DNA of 64,000 bases from Candidatus Bathyarchaeia archaeon (GTDB lineage Archaea; Thermoproteota; Bathyarchaeia; Bathyarchaeales; Bathycorpusculaceae). The number at the start of each line of letters is the position of its first letter. Position 1 is the stretch's first letter. The stretch spans positions 96,001 to 160,000 of the forward strand of contig JAVZLH010000001.1 in the NCBI GenBank assembly GCA_038883855.1. Reading direction: 5' to 3'. A program made the translations under genes and the position numbers. Below the pieces are notes generated by a model that saw nothing but the letters and a program-made list of their open reading frames with translations, was not told the DNA's origin and did no database searches. This document shows, piece after piece, positions 56,000 to 64,000 of the stretch.

Positions 56000-58716
56000 T
56001 CTATTATGAAAACCGCCATGTTGCCTCTTTCCGTGACTATTTTAACTGTGAATTTATCTTCTGGCAGTTTTACGCCTGCGAGGACGTATGTTGTTTCTTC
56101 TCCCGAGTTTATGAAAAGGTTGGCATTGTAACGTTCATGGTTTGTTTGGCTTATTACCCATATGGCTATGATATGCGTTGTTGAGGGGCTGGGGTTTTTA
56201 ATGTTGATGCTTACTCCGTCGATCGTTGCTTTTAGGGCGAAAAAGTCTACTTCTATGGTTGTTTGGTTCATGCTTGTTCCGTCATCTGTAAATTGTAAGC
56301 GAACTGTACCGTTGCCGCTGACGTAGTCTGCCAAGTTTTCAGTTATGCTGGTTGCGTAATAATTCCACTCGTTTGGCATGGGTTGGATTCCGCCGGTGTT
56401 GTTAAAGCCTGCGTCGCTGAAGCTTGCAGTTGCCCAATTATATGCTTTTATAAACCATTTTTCTGAGCCTTCGGTGGCATTGTATCTGAGGAGTATTTCT
56501 ATGCTTTGTATTTGGTTTAGCGGGTAGCTAAACAAGTCTATCACAAAGTCGTTGTTTACGTTAAGCCTATAAGTACCTAACACTGTTGCCTCATACTGTA
56601 TCCAGTCAACTTTAAACTCGAACGGCGTATCCGTAGTTTTTATACATTTAATTTTCAACTTCCACTCTCCAGCGGCATCTCTGAAGCGTGTTGGACTGGT
56701 GGTGACGGTCTGGTTTTCTATAGTATCCGTTATACCAATGGTATCCGCCATGTAACCGTCGCCACTCGTTGAGTAAGCGCCTATTTCATAATTGTAAAGT
56801 TGCAACGTTACGTTAACGTCTGTTGTGGTACAACTGAGGTCAACAGTCCATGTTAAACTGTCCCACGACACTGTATTAGATGCGCCCGTAAACTCAGCTT
56901 CAGCCGTGAACTCTGTTGGGGATCCAAAATTCATGAACTCGATTTCAAAACATTCATATGTGGTTGTTGCTGTGTTTGATGAAAACATAGTTGAGCCTAT
57001 CACCGTAAGTGTTGCCCCATCCCAGTGTATTGCGCCTAAGTCAAGAGCGGTTGTTTCTAAAACTGCCCCCAAAATTTTGGCATCCCCACTTATGTTGCGG
57101 GTGTTCGTTCGCAACTGAACCCACAAGTGAGCATATGCACCCATTGACACATAAGTCGTCCAGTTTGTTCCCCAACCGGTGGATATGGAGTATGTGTTAT
57201 AGTGTATTCTTCCAACGGTTGTTCCCCAAACTATTAAGCCTTTGTTTCCTGTTGGTTCCCAAGCGAAGTCGACGCATCTTGTGGTGGCTGAATCAACTGC
57301 ATCATCAACTTCATTAACTATGTGAACTCTTGTTGGTGGGTCTGCGGACATGTTGAAAGCCCAAGCGTTTAAATCTCCGAGGTCGTTAACTCCAGCATAC
57401 ATGACAAAATCGTTTTGTGAGTTTCCCGCGGGGTCGCGTTTTAAGACACTAAAGCAGGCATCGTTTCCTCCGTCTGGGTCTGGGTCAAAGGATACTCCAG
57501 CAGTCCAGTCATCGTCGCCTTGAATGTAGTATTTCCAAGCCATGCTGTTGGGTCCGTCTCCTGAAACAACCAATATTTTCTTGTAGTACGTGGAGTATTC
57601 AATTGCGATTGTTTCTCTTCCAACAGTTGTATATGAAGTGGATATTGTAGTCATTTTCTCCCATGAACTGCCATTCCATATTCCCGCAAATGTATCAGCA
57701 TTTGTGTCATCTTGAAATGCTAAAGCAATCTGATTAGACGCTGGTTGTGGGTTGCTTGCTAAACAAACAAATGATATGGTTGGATTTACTGAGGCAACTC
57801 CGGCAAAATCTATGTAATATTCGTCGCTCCACGCCGTGCCGTTCCAAATTTTATACCCTAAATCTTTTGTGGCCTCTGCAACAACAACATCATATACTAG
57901 TAATGCTCTGCCGCTTGCCGTTTCATAAGCTATGTCGTAGGGGCGTTGCGCACCAGTTGGCGCCGTTGTCCAAACTTGAGCGATATTGTTTGTGGCAATC
58001 CATTCTATACCGTTCCAAACGTAAGCGTCAAGGTAACCATCGTCAGAACAAGTTACAACGATCCTCTCAAAACTTCTCTCTTCCACGGGGCAAGAAGCAA
58101 CTCTAACAGTTCTAACGGGACTGCCAGCGTCTGGCATCTCAACTTGCGAACTCCAACCTGCCGCTTCTCCATTCCACGTCCTCAGTTTAGGCGTATTCAG
58201 AGAGGCTGTGCTGTCGCGGTAAACTATGAAGGCGTCGGTTTTTGCTGTTGTTGATGATGCTGAAACATAGGAACGGAAACGCATGTAAACATTGTCTTCG
58301 TTTTGTAAATCGGTTATTGAGCCTGAAACAAGCGTTGTATACCCAAAAAGAGCGTAAGTCGAGGGATTATATCTATAAGAAATTCCTCCAGTGCCTCCTG
58401 TAGTAAACTCTTCTCTGAAAGCTTCGTAAAAATCGTCAATATAGTGGGTGTCCGTGTAAGTGCCGCTTACCCTAGTTCCAACTTCGATTGTAAACTCTTT
58501 TTGAGCTGTGAACCACGGCGAACCAGCTATACGAGTGGCGTTGGTAATCTGCACTGTTTCTTGCATCCTTTCCAAATCCAACTGGTTCATTTGAAAACTC
58601 CAGAGAACGACATTGCCAACAATCATCACTATCAAAATTAAACTTAACATGATGACTATCACATTGCTTATGCCGCGTTTATCGCGTTTAAGGCGCCTTA
58701 TAATAGCCTCCAGCAT
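55996..58716 (-). CDS. Giant type IV pilin-like adhesin (~906 aa, class III signal peptide)
   Basis: KRDKRG|ISNVIVIMLSLILIV prepilin motif; C-terminal KIVTERGN pilin motif; internal WNG-x2-W repeats. Confidence 0.8.
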   Translation of the reverse strand: MLEAIIRRLKRDKRGISNVIVIMLSLILIVMIVGNVVLWSFQMNQLDLERMQETVQITNATRIAGSPWFTAQKEFTIEVGTRVSGTYTDTHYIDDFYEAFREEFTTGGTGGISYRYNPSTYALFGYTTLVSGSITDLQNEDNVYMRFRSYVSASSTTAKTDAFIVYRDSTASLNTPKLRTWNGEAAGWSSQVEMPDAGSPVRTVRVASCPVEERSFERIVVTCSDDGYLDAYVWNGIEWIATNNIAQVWTTAPTGAQRPYDIAYETASGRALLVYDVVVAEATKDLGYKIWNGTAWSDEYYIDFAGVASVNPTISFVCLASNPQPASNQIALAFQDDTNADTFAGIWNGSSWEKMTTISTSYTTVGRETIAIEYSTYYKKILVVSGDGPNSMAWKYYIQGDDDWTAGVSFDPDPDGGNDACFSVLKRDPAGNSQNDFVMYAGVNDLGDLNAWAFNMSADPPTRVHIVNEVDDAVDSATTRCVDFAWEPTGNKGLIVWGTTVGRIHYNTYSISTGWGTNWTTYVSMGAYAHLWVQLRTNTRNISGDAKILGAVLETTALDLGAIHWDGATLTVIGSTMFSSNTATTTYECFEIEFMNFGSPTEFTAEAEFTGASNTVSWDSLTWTVDLSCTTTDVNVTLQLYNYEIGAYSTSGDGYMADTIGITDTIENQTVTTSPTRFRDAAGEWKLKIKCIKTTDTPFEFKVDWIQYEATVLGTYRLNVNNDFVIDLFSYPLNQIQSIEILLRYNATEGSEKWFIKAYNWATASFSDAGFNNTGGIQPMPNEWNYYATSITENLADYVSGNGTVRLQFTDDGTSMNQTTIEVDFFALKATIDGVSINIKNPSPSTTHIIAIWVISQTNHERYNANLFINSGEETTYVLAGVKLPEDKFTVKIVTERGNMAVFIID

Positions 58717-59113
58717 GATTCCCCCTGTTCGTAACGACATCAACATGGTAGACTTCACCTGAAACCCAAGAACATGAAACATTTAGCCATCCATGCTCCT
58801 CCATTTCCAAGTGGAAGGGCGAACTGAAGAGTTGAGGAGTGCCGTTAACGTAAACCCTTGAAACGTCAATGGCGCCCTTACCAATGTTGCGGAGATAAAC
58901 CATTATGACGTTAGTGGAGTTAAACCAGACATCCTCTACCAAAAGGCGCTCGCTCATGTTTTCCCGAAGATTTGTTGTGACACCATATGTAGAAGTTGTG
59001 GCGATTGCCATGGCTGCTACAGCCACGACCATAAGCAAAAGATTGCTTAGAACTGGCGTTATAGCACGCTTATCGCAGAAAAATTTTCTAAACTTATCCT
59101 TCACCTTTTCCAC
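58688..59113 (-). CDS. Archaeal type IV pilin
   Basis: DKRA|ITPVLSNLLLMVVAVAA class III signal; YLRNIG..VYVNG..VVTNRGN. Confidence 0.88.
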   Translation of the reverse strand: MEKVKDKFRKFFCDKRAITPVLSNLLLMVVAVAAMAIATTSTYGVTTNLRENMSERLLVEDVWFNSTNVIMVYLRNIGKGAIDVSRVYVNGTPQLFSSPFHLEMEEHGWLNVSCSWVSGEVYHVDVVTNRGNHAGGYYKAP

Positions 59114-59114
59114 C

Positions 59115-59942
59115 TCACAAGAAAAGTTTTAGTGCCACATAACCGCACACCATCATTATAAGACTATGTTTTAACCCAGCGCTCATTGTTCCATCGCCCA
59201 TTTTCCCCGCCACCAGCCCGCTAAAAAATGCTTGGATTGCTGTCATGTGGAAAAATAACCGTTGCATCTCTTCCGCCGTCATCACGGCCGCGCCAAGCGT
59301 CGGCAGCCCCTCTATCGTCGCAAAAAAAGACTTGAAAAGAAGCATTATTGTGAACAAGAAAACGAAAAAAGCTACGTAAATTATTGCGATGTAAGGTCTT
59401 GTCCGTGTTCGGCGTTCCTTTTCTAACAAAAGAGTCGTCTCTATAAACTTGCCCATTGGGTCAAAGACTCTTTCAACATGTCCTCCTGAACGCCCAGCCT
59501 CAATAATCATGGGAACCGTTCTCTGCATCAAAACCGTGTTAACTCGCCTCCCCAAAGCTAAAAGGGCATCATCAAAACTCATTCCCCAAGAAATCTGCGC
59601 GGTCATTTTCCTCAACTCTACCGTAAGCGGTCCATAATCCCTTTTTGCAGCTTCCTCTAAAGCTTGAGGCAACGTCATGCCCGTTTGTTGAGCTTGAACA
59701 ATGCTTCTGAAAAGATCTGGTAAACGCTCATCAACAGCTTTCCTCCATCTATATTCAATGTAGGTTAATATGGAGGTGGGTGCAATGGCGATTATTGCCG
59801 CAAAAAAGACGAGTTCATCAAAAATTTTGCTACCCCAAAACATGAAGTATGCGAATAGAATCATGAAAACAGCTAACAAAACAGAGATTGCAAGCGCAAA
59901 TTTTTTAGTTTTCTTCTCTATTTTCGGCATTTCCGCTACCAT
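59115..59942 (-). CDS. Type IV pilus platform protein (TadC/GspF-like)
   Basis: LPDLFR..GMTLPQAL..YGPL..EL..WG..SGG; TM helices; G.MGDG..AGLKH. Confidence 0.88.
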   Translation of the reverse strand: MVAEMPKIEKKTKKFALAISVLLAVFMILFAYFMFWGSKIFDELVFFAAIIAIAPTSILTYIEYRWRKAVDERLPDLFRSIVQAQQTGMTLPQALEEAAKRDYGPLTVELRKMTAQISWGMSFDDALLALGRRVNTVLMQRTVPMIIEAGRSGGHVERVFDPMGKFIETTLLLEKERRTRTRPYIAIIYVAFFVFLFTIMLLFKSFFATIEGLPTLGAAVMTAEEMQRLFFHMTAIQAFFSGLVAGKMGDGTMSAGLKHSLIMMVCGYVALKLFL

Positions 59943-60919
59943 CGTGGTGATATAGCATCCAATATTACCAGAAATATTATGGCACCAACAGGGATTCCGA
60001 TGTAAGTAAGTAAGTTCAGCATAAGCTCAGAGCTTAAACCCTTAAGGAATTCTCCTCCAAGCATGGATATAACTGCCAACATTATCACCAAGAGAAGCGG
60101 GCCAGTCAATAGAATAGATATGTAAAACTCCGACAGAATAGATAGGGTGTCGGAGAACTTCTTAAGACTTATTCTTTTCAGTTTCATAAATTGTTTAGAT
60201 TTTTCACGTAAATATACGGCTAAATTACCGCCAGAATGTATTGTTGAAATAAAACCTTCAAGTGTTTCTCGAAATACTTCCGATGAGGAACGTTTTGATA
60301 CTTCTTCAAGAGCTGAAATCACGTCTAAACCGAAAAGATTTATTTTTCTAACAACCTCCCTGGCTTCATAAGAAATCGCCAATGGCACACTCATGTTTGA
60401 AAGCGTATAGAAAATTTTTTCCGGTGAAACCCCAGAGCTGGCGAGAATGGCCATATAACCTGTTGTAAACGGCAACTCATCTTCCAACTCTCTCTTGAGC
60501 TTGTCCGCACGATAGATTGGGTAAAAGTAAAATCCCATGATTGTGAATGCGAAAGCAAACAATCCTCCACCGCAACCATAAAGAAGCGCTGGCAAAACTT
60601 GCGTGTGAAAGGCAAGAATCCATAGGGATGAAACAAGAACACCAGTTGCAATGGTGATCAGCATCGCGGAAAAAACAGTTAAACTGACATAAGCCTTGAA
60701 ATTAACTTTTATCCCAGACTTATGCAGATTTTGGTCCAAATCTCTAAAAAGGGGCAAAACTCGATCTATTCTACCGCCTAAAAGTCGAAATGCCAAAGAA
60801 TGTGGTTTATTAAGCTCTATACTAGGCTTTTTCTTAGTTGCTTCCATTTTTCCCTTAAACAATGCTTTGACGCGGATAACAAGTTTCTTGACTTTTTCCA
60901 GAACTTTGTTTTCACTCAT
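59936..60919 (-). CDS. Type IV pilus platform protein (TadB/TadC/GspF-like)
   Basis: ELPF..YMAILASSG..GLDVISAL..SS..F..I.SGG. Confidence 0.88.
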   Translation of the reverse strand: MSENKVLEKVKKLVIRVKALFKGKMEATKKKPSIELNKPHSLAFRLLGGRIDRVLPLFRDLDQNLHKSGIKVNFKAYVSLTVFSAMLITIATGVLVSSLWILAFHTQVLPALLYGCGGGLFAFAFTIMGFYFYPIYRADKLKRELEDELPFTTGYMAILASSGVSPEKIFYTLSNMSVPLAISYEAREVVRKINLFGLDVISALEEVSKRSSSEVFRETLEGFISTIHSGGNLAVYLREKSKQFMKLKRISLKKFSDTLSILSEFYISILLTGPLLLVIMLAVISMLGGEFLKGLSSELMLNLLTYIGIPVGAIIFLVILDAISPRW

Positions 60920-62487
60920 TTTAATCCCATTATAGCCTTTTGGAATATACGGCTTGGGTTAGAGTAGTATTCGCGAATTATGTTGGCGACATCCATGTAG
61001 CGGCGTATTCCAGTGTGCACCATCCATTCCAAAACTGTTTTTCTTCTCTTCAGCTCACGGGTAACATCATCTTCTGTTATGCCCATTTTTTTTATGTGAG
61101 CCTCTATAAACGGGCTTTTTCCAACAGGGATAAGTCTATCTTCTTTTGGATTCCATCGGAAAATTTCTTCTGTCAATATTTCTCTCGTTTTCTGGTCTAT
61201 ACCCGCAATTTCAGTAGTTGTGAGGGTTCGTCTCACCGGTTTTCCTTCCACTTCTGTTCTTGCTACAACCATTATCACGTCGGTCATAGCTATTAGTGAC
61301 CGTGGAATATTCATGGGTTCAGATTCCAACCTATTTATGACGGCTTCAACCGATTCTGCATGTATTGTGCTCATTCCAAGGTGACCTGTTGCCATGGCTT
61401 GAAAAAGTGTGTATGCTTCTTCGCCTCTAACCTCGCCGACAATTATGTAGTCTGGTCTTTGTCTGACGGCCGCTTTTAATAAGTCGAAAAGGGTTATTGT
61501 CCCGCTCTTTTTGTCTTCATGTCCAAAGCCTAGTCTTGCAACTGATGGTATCCAGTTTTCGTGTGGAAGGTTAAGTTCTTGTGTGTCTTCTACGCTCACT
61601 ATTTTCATTTCTGGCTTTATAAACATGGATAAACAGTTTAGCATCGTGGTTTTTCCCGCGGCCACGCCTCCTGCAACCAGCAGTGAGGCTCTGTTCTCTA
61701 TGATATACCATAGGTATGCAGCCATTTCGGATGAAACTGTTTTGAAAGCTATCAAGTCTGATATTGTTAATGGGTCGACTCTGAAGCGTCTAATGGTGAA
61801 TGTTGAGCCTCTACGTGTGACTTCATTTCCATAGGTTAATTGTACGCGACTGCCATCTGGAAGAGAAGCGTCCAAAATTGGCGAGGCTATAGAAATATTT
61901 TTTCCAGCAAGATATGCTAAGCGTATTATGAACGAGTTTAGTTCAGCTTCGTCCTTGAAAACTATATTTGTTGGCAAGGACTCGTAGAGCCTATGCCAAA
62001 CATATAAGGGTATGTTTACGCCATCCGCCGATATATCTTCGATTAGGTGATCCTTCATTAACGGGTCTATTTTCCCATAGCCTATGAAGTCTCTGATGAT
62101 GTAGTAAGTGAGTTTGTCAACGGCCTCTGGCGGAACTTTTATTCGATATTTCCTAATTATTTCCTTAGTTTTTTCTTTGAGGTAGTTTTCGGCTTTTTCT
62201 CTGGTTTCGATATCCTTTAAGTTTACATCTACTTCTTCCATTAAGAGCGTCTTTATTTCTTTGAGGAGGTTTTCCTCTTCTTTTTTCAGCGTGGGCTCTA
62301 TGACTTCGTAGACTATCTTTTGGGTTTCTGGGTTTTTTACTATGGCGGCGTAGACGTATGGTTCTTGTATTGGGTAGATTTCCCGGAATACTGTTGGTTT
62401 CTTTCCTTCTTCCTTTATTATTATGTCTACTCCTGACTCTTGCTTTTCCAAAGGGGTTAGCCTCCTGGTTTTCGTTGGATTTTTCAT
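60916..62487 (-). CDS. Type IV pilus assembly ATPase (TadA/VirB11/ArlI-like)
   Basis: GYGKIDPL.D..IEDIS, GGVAAGKTT, EDTQEL, RQRPDYIIVGEVRG, TGH...TIHA. Confidence 0.95.
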   Translation of the reverse strand: MKNPTKTRRLTPLEKQESGVDIIIKEEGKKPTVFREIYPIQEPYVYAAIVKNPETQKIVYEVIEPTLKKEEENLLKEIKTLLMEEVDVNLKDIETREKAENYLKEKTKEIIRKYRIKVPPEAVDKLTYYIIRDFIGYGKIDPLMKDHLIEDISADGVNIPLYVWHRLYESLPTNIVFKDEAELNSFIIRLAYLAGKNISIASPILDASLPDGSRVQLTYGNEVTRRGSTFTIRRFRVDPLTISDLIAFKTVSSEMAAYLWYIIENRASLLVAGGVAAGKTTMLNCLSMFIKPEMKIVSVEDTQELNLPHENWIPSVARLGFGHEDKKSGTITLFDLLKAAVRQRPDYIIVGEVRGEEAYTLFQAMATGHLGMSTIHAESVEAVINRLESEPMNIPRSLIAMTDVIMVVARTEVEGKPVRRTLTTTEIAGIDQKTREILTEEIFRWNPKEDRLIPVGKSPFIEAHIKKMGITEDDVTRELKRRKTVLEWMVHTGIRRYMDVANIIREYYSNPSRIFQKAIMGLK

Positions 62488-62670
62488 GCATGATATAATG
62501 TGTAGCGAGTCTTAATAAGTTATATGCACGCCTAATCTTTAGGAAATCTCTTGAACCCCAAAACATAAAAAATGCTAAGCGCATTCAAAACCTAAATTTG
62601 ATAACTTCAAAAGCGTAGCTATTATTGGCATTACCATGAGAATAGTGAACCGACGGGTACTCTTAACAGT

Positions 62671-62748
62671 TTACTTGTATCTTGCCCTTCTCTTTTGCCT
62701 CTTCTTTTTCTGCCGTCGCATCCTTTTCTTTTTCCATTTAGCGCGAAT
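62671..62748 (-). CDS. rpl41e: Ribosomal protein eL41 (eS32), 25 aa, probable ATT start (alternative GTG 62757); not in ORF track
   Basis: (I/M)RAKWKKKRMRRQKKKRQKRRARYK* versus eukaryotic [25 protein letters not shown]; SD-like GGGGTG upstream. Confidence 0.85.
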   Translation of the reverse strand: MRAKWKKKRMRRQKKKRQKRRARYK

Positions 62749-62769
62749 ATCCCGCACACCCCATAATTT

Positions 62770-63369
62770 TCATTCTATTGTGGCATGTCTACGTCGTAAA
62801 TCCTCCTCTGTTCGCCCCATTCGATGCATCAACTCCACAACCAAACTATCTAGAAAAACCATGCAGTTGTTCTCAAAAACACTTCCAAGAGGAGTTAGGG
62901 GCTCGCGTTCGCCAATAATTTGCCTTGCTAGGTAATCTTCTTCTTTCGGCCACCCGGTTTTTGTTCTTCCTTTAATCGTAACTATATGGTCAGCCATTTG
63001 ACCTAGTGGAGATTCTGGAAAGGATGTTATAGCAATTACTGTTGCTCCAATTTCCTTAGCGGCTGCGCCCGCGGTTAGAACCATCTTTGTGGCACCTGTT
63101 CCTGAAATTGCTATAAGTAAGTCTCCTTTTTCCGCTGCTGGCGTGATGGTTTCACCTAGAAAGTAGACGTTGAAGCCAAGGTTCATTAGTCGTAACGCAA
63201 AGGCTCTTGCAACAAACCCGCTTCTTCCCATGCCTACAATGAAGATTTTTTTATTTTTTGCTTCAAGTAGAAGTTTAATTAGTTGCTCAACCTCTTTCTC
63301 GTTTAACTCTTCAATACTTTTTTTGATTCCGGTGATGATTTCTTCTGCCGCCGCCTTCAGCCATTCCAA
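62770..63369 (-). CDS. hxlB: 6-phospho-3-hexuloisomerase (SIS domain)
   Basis: GMGRSG, FALRLMNLG, GETITP, ISGTG, PLGSVFE, RHATIE. Confidence 0.93.
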   Translation of the reverse strand: MEWLKAAAEEIITGIKKSIEELNEKEVEQLIKLLLEAKNKKIFIVGMGRSGFVARAFALRLMNLGFNVYFLGETITPAAEKGDLLIAISGTGATKMVLTAGAAAKEIGATVIAITSFPESPLGQMADHIVTIKGRTKTGWPKEEDYLARQIIGEREPLTPLGSVFENNCMVFLDSLVVELMHRMGRTEEDLRRRHATIE

Positions 63370-63438
63370 TTACTTCAAACTCCGAGAACCCATTACATTT
63401 TTCCCAGCATTAAAAGTCTTGCGGTTTCAAAGTGCCTT

Positions 63439-64000
63439 TTATTCCAAAAAGCTAAAGAGGGCTGGAATGCTGACACAAGTTAAGCGAACGTAAATTGCCA
63501 GTGTCAAAATTCCAACAGTAATAGCCAATAAAACAAAGTCGCCCTTATGCATTTTCAAGGTGTAAAGGTTTGTACGTTTTTTGGTGGCACCCCAAGCGCG
63601 TGATTCCATAGCTTCTGCCAATTCGAGGCTTCTGCGGATTGCGCTTACGATTAACGGCACAAGTATAGGAATATAGTTCTTTATTCTCTTAAGAAAGTTT
63701 CCGCGTTCCAACTCCAGTCCTCTTGCCTTTTGGGCGTCCATTATTGTTTGAGCTTCTTCAGCTAAAACTGGGACAAACCTGACGGCGGTTGTGAAGGCAA
63801 AAGAAAATTCGTAGGGCACTCGGGCTTGTTCTAGAGCTAAGCCTAGGTTGTCCGGTGATGTTGTTAGGAAAAATATGGAAAAGGACTCGATGAGCACTAT
63901 GAAACGCAACGTCATGGCAGCGGCATTTTCCAAACTCTCCGCTAATCCCTTCGCTCCAAAGTATGCAAACAAGAAGTTTGTTAAGAAAATTATTAGGGCC
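63439..64000 (-). CDS. ecfT: ECF transporter transmembrane component T (5' part outside window)
   Basis: LTTSP, AVRFVP, AQKARG and AMESR (conserved X-Arg-X motifs). Confidence 0.9.
   Translation of the reverse strand, partial: ALIIFLTNFLFAYFGAKGLAESLENAAAMTLRFIVLIESFSIFFLTTSPDNLGLALEQARVPYEFSFAFTTAVRFVPVLAEEAQTIMDAQKARGLELERGNFLKRIKNYIPILVPLIVSAIRRSLELAEAMESRAWGATKKRTNLYTLKMHKGDFVLLAITVGILTLAIYVRLTCVSIPALFSFLE

Noticed and set aside
58717-58782. Longer start for the giant pilin
   Set aside because: It lies deep inside the upstream pilin gene; ATG 58716 gives a proper class III signal peptide and has a GGGGG SD
55996-62487. Archaellum operon
   Set aside because: No arlF/G/H or chemotaxis genes; two separate platform genes fit an adhesion-type pilus
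62636-62935. 99-aa plus-strand Phe-rich ORF
   Set aside because: Antisense shadow of eL41 and the hxlB end
1-64000. CRISPR arrays, IS elements, rRNA genes, inteins, retron or DGR components
   Set aside because: No spaced repeats, transposase or RT motifs, rRNA-like tracts or oversized core proteins were seen by eye

Overview
Archaeal chromosomal window, most consistent with Bathyarchaeia (TACK). This is inferred from a complete archaeal-type ACDS/CODH operon (cooC x2, cdhABCDE) together with PolB1, eL38, a TackOD1 protein, cofE/FrhB and an STT3-like AglB. It is mostly housekeeping: mat, GPN GTPase, thermosome, sua5, ubiD-like, nth, clp1-like kinase, radB, carS, topA, aglB/aglH, polB, rsmB, speB, nfo, hxlB, ecfT, tRNA-Ala(TGC) and a type IV pilus operon. 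No CRISPR array, transposase or integrase was seen. Highlights not in the ORF track or not obvious from it: (1) a GC-rich hairpin/pseudoknot leader with an anti-SD in front of a queT-family transporter, a candidate archaeal preQ0/preQ1-type riboswitch; (2) a 25-codon eukaryote-like eL41 gene that appears to start at ATT; (3) eukaryote-like DC2/OSTC and PAC4/PSMG4 homologues; (4) a ~900-aa pilin with a nested Russian-doll domain architecture; (5) two unannotated Cys-rich microproteins; (6) an internally deleted gcvT relic plus frameshifts confined to accessory genes; (7) two further structured intergenic RNA candidates. All family calls come from motif recognition by eye, with no database search.
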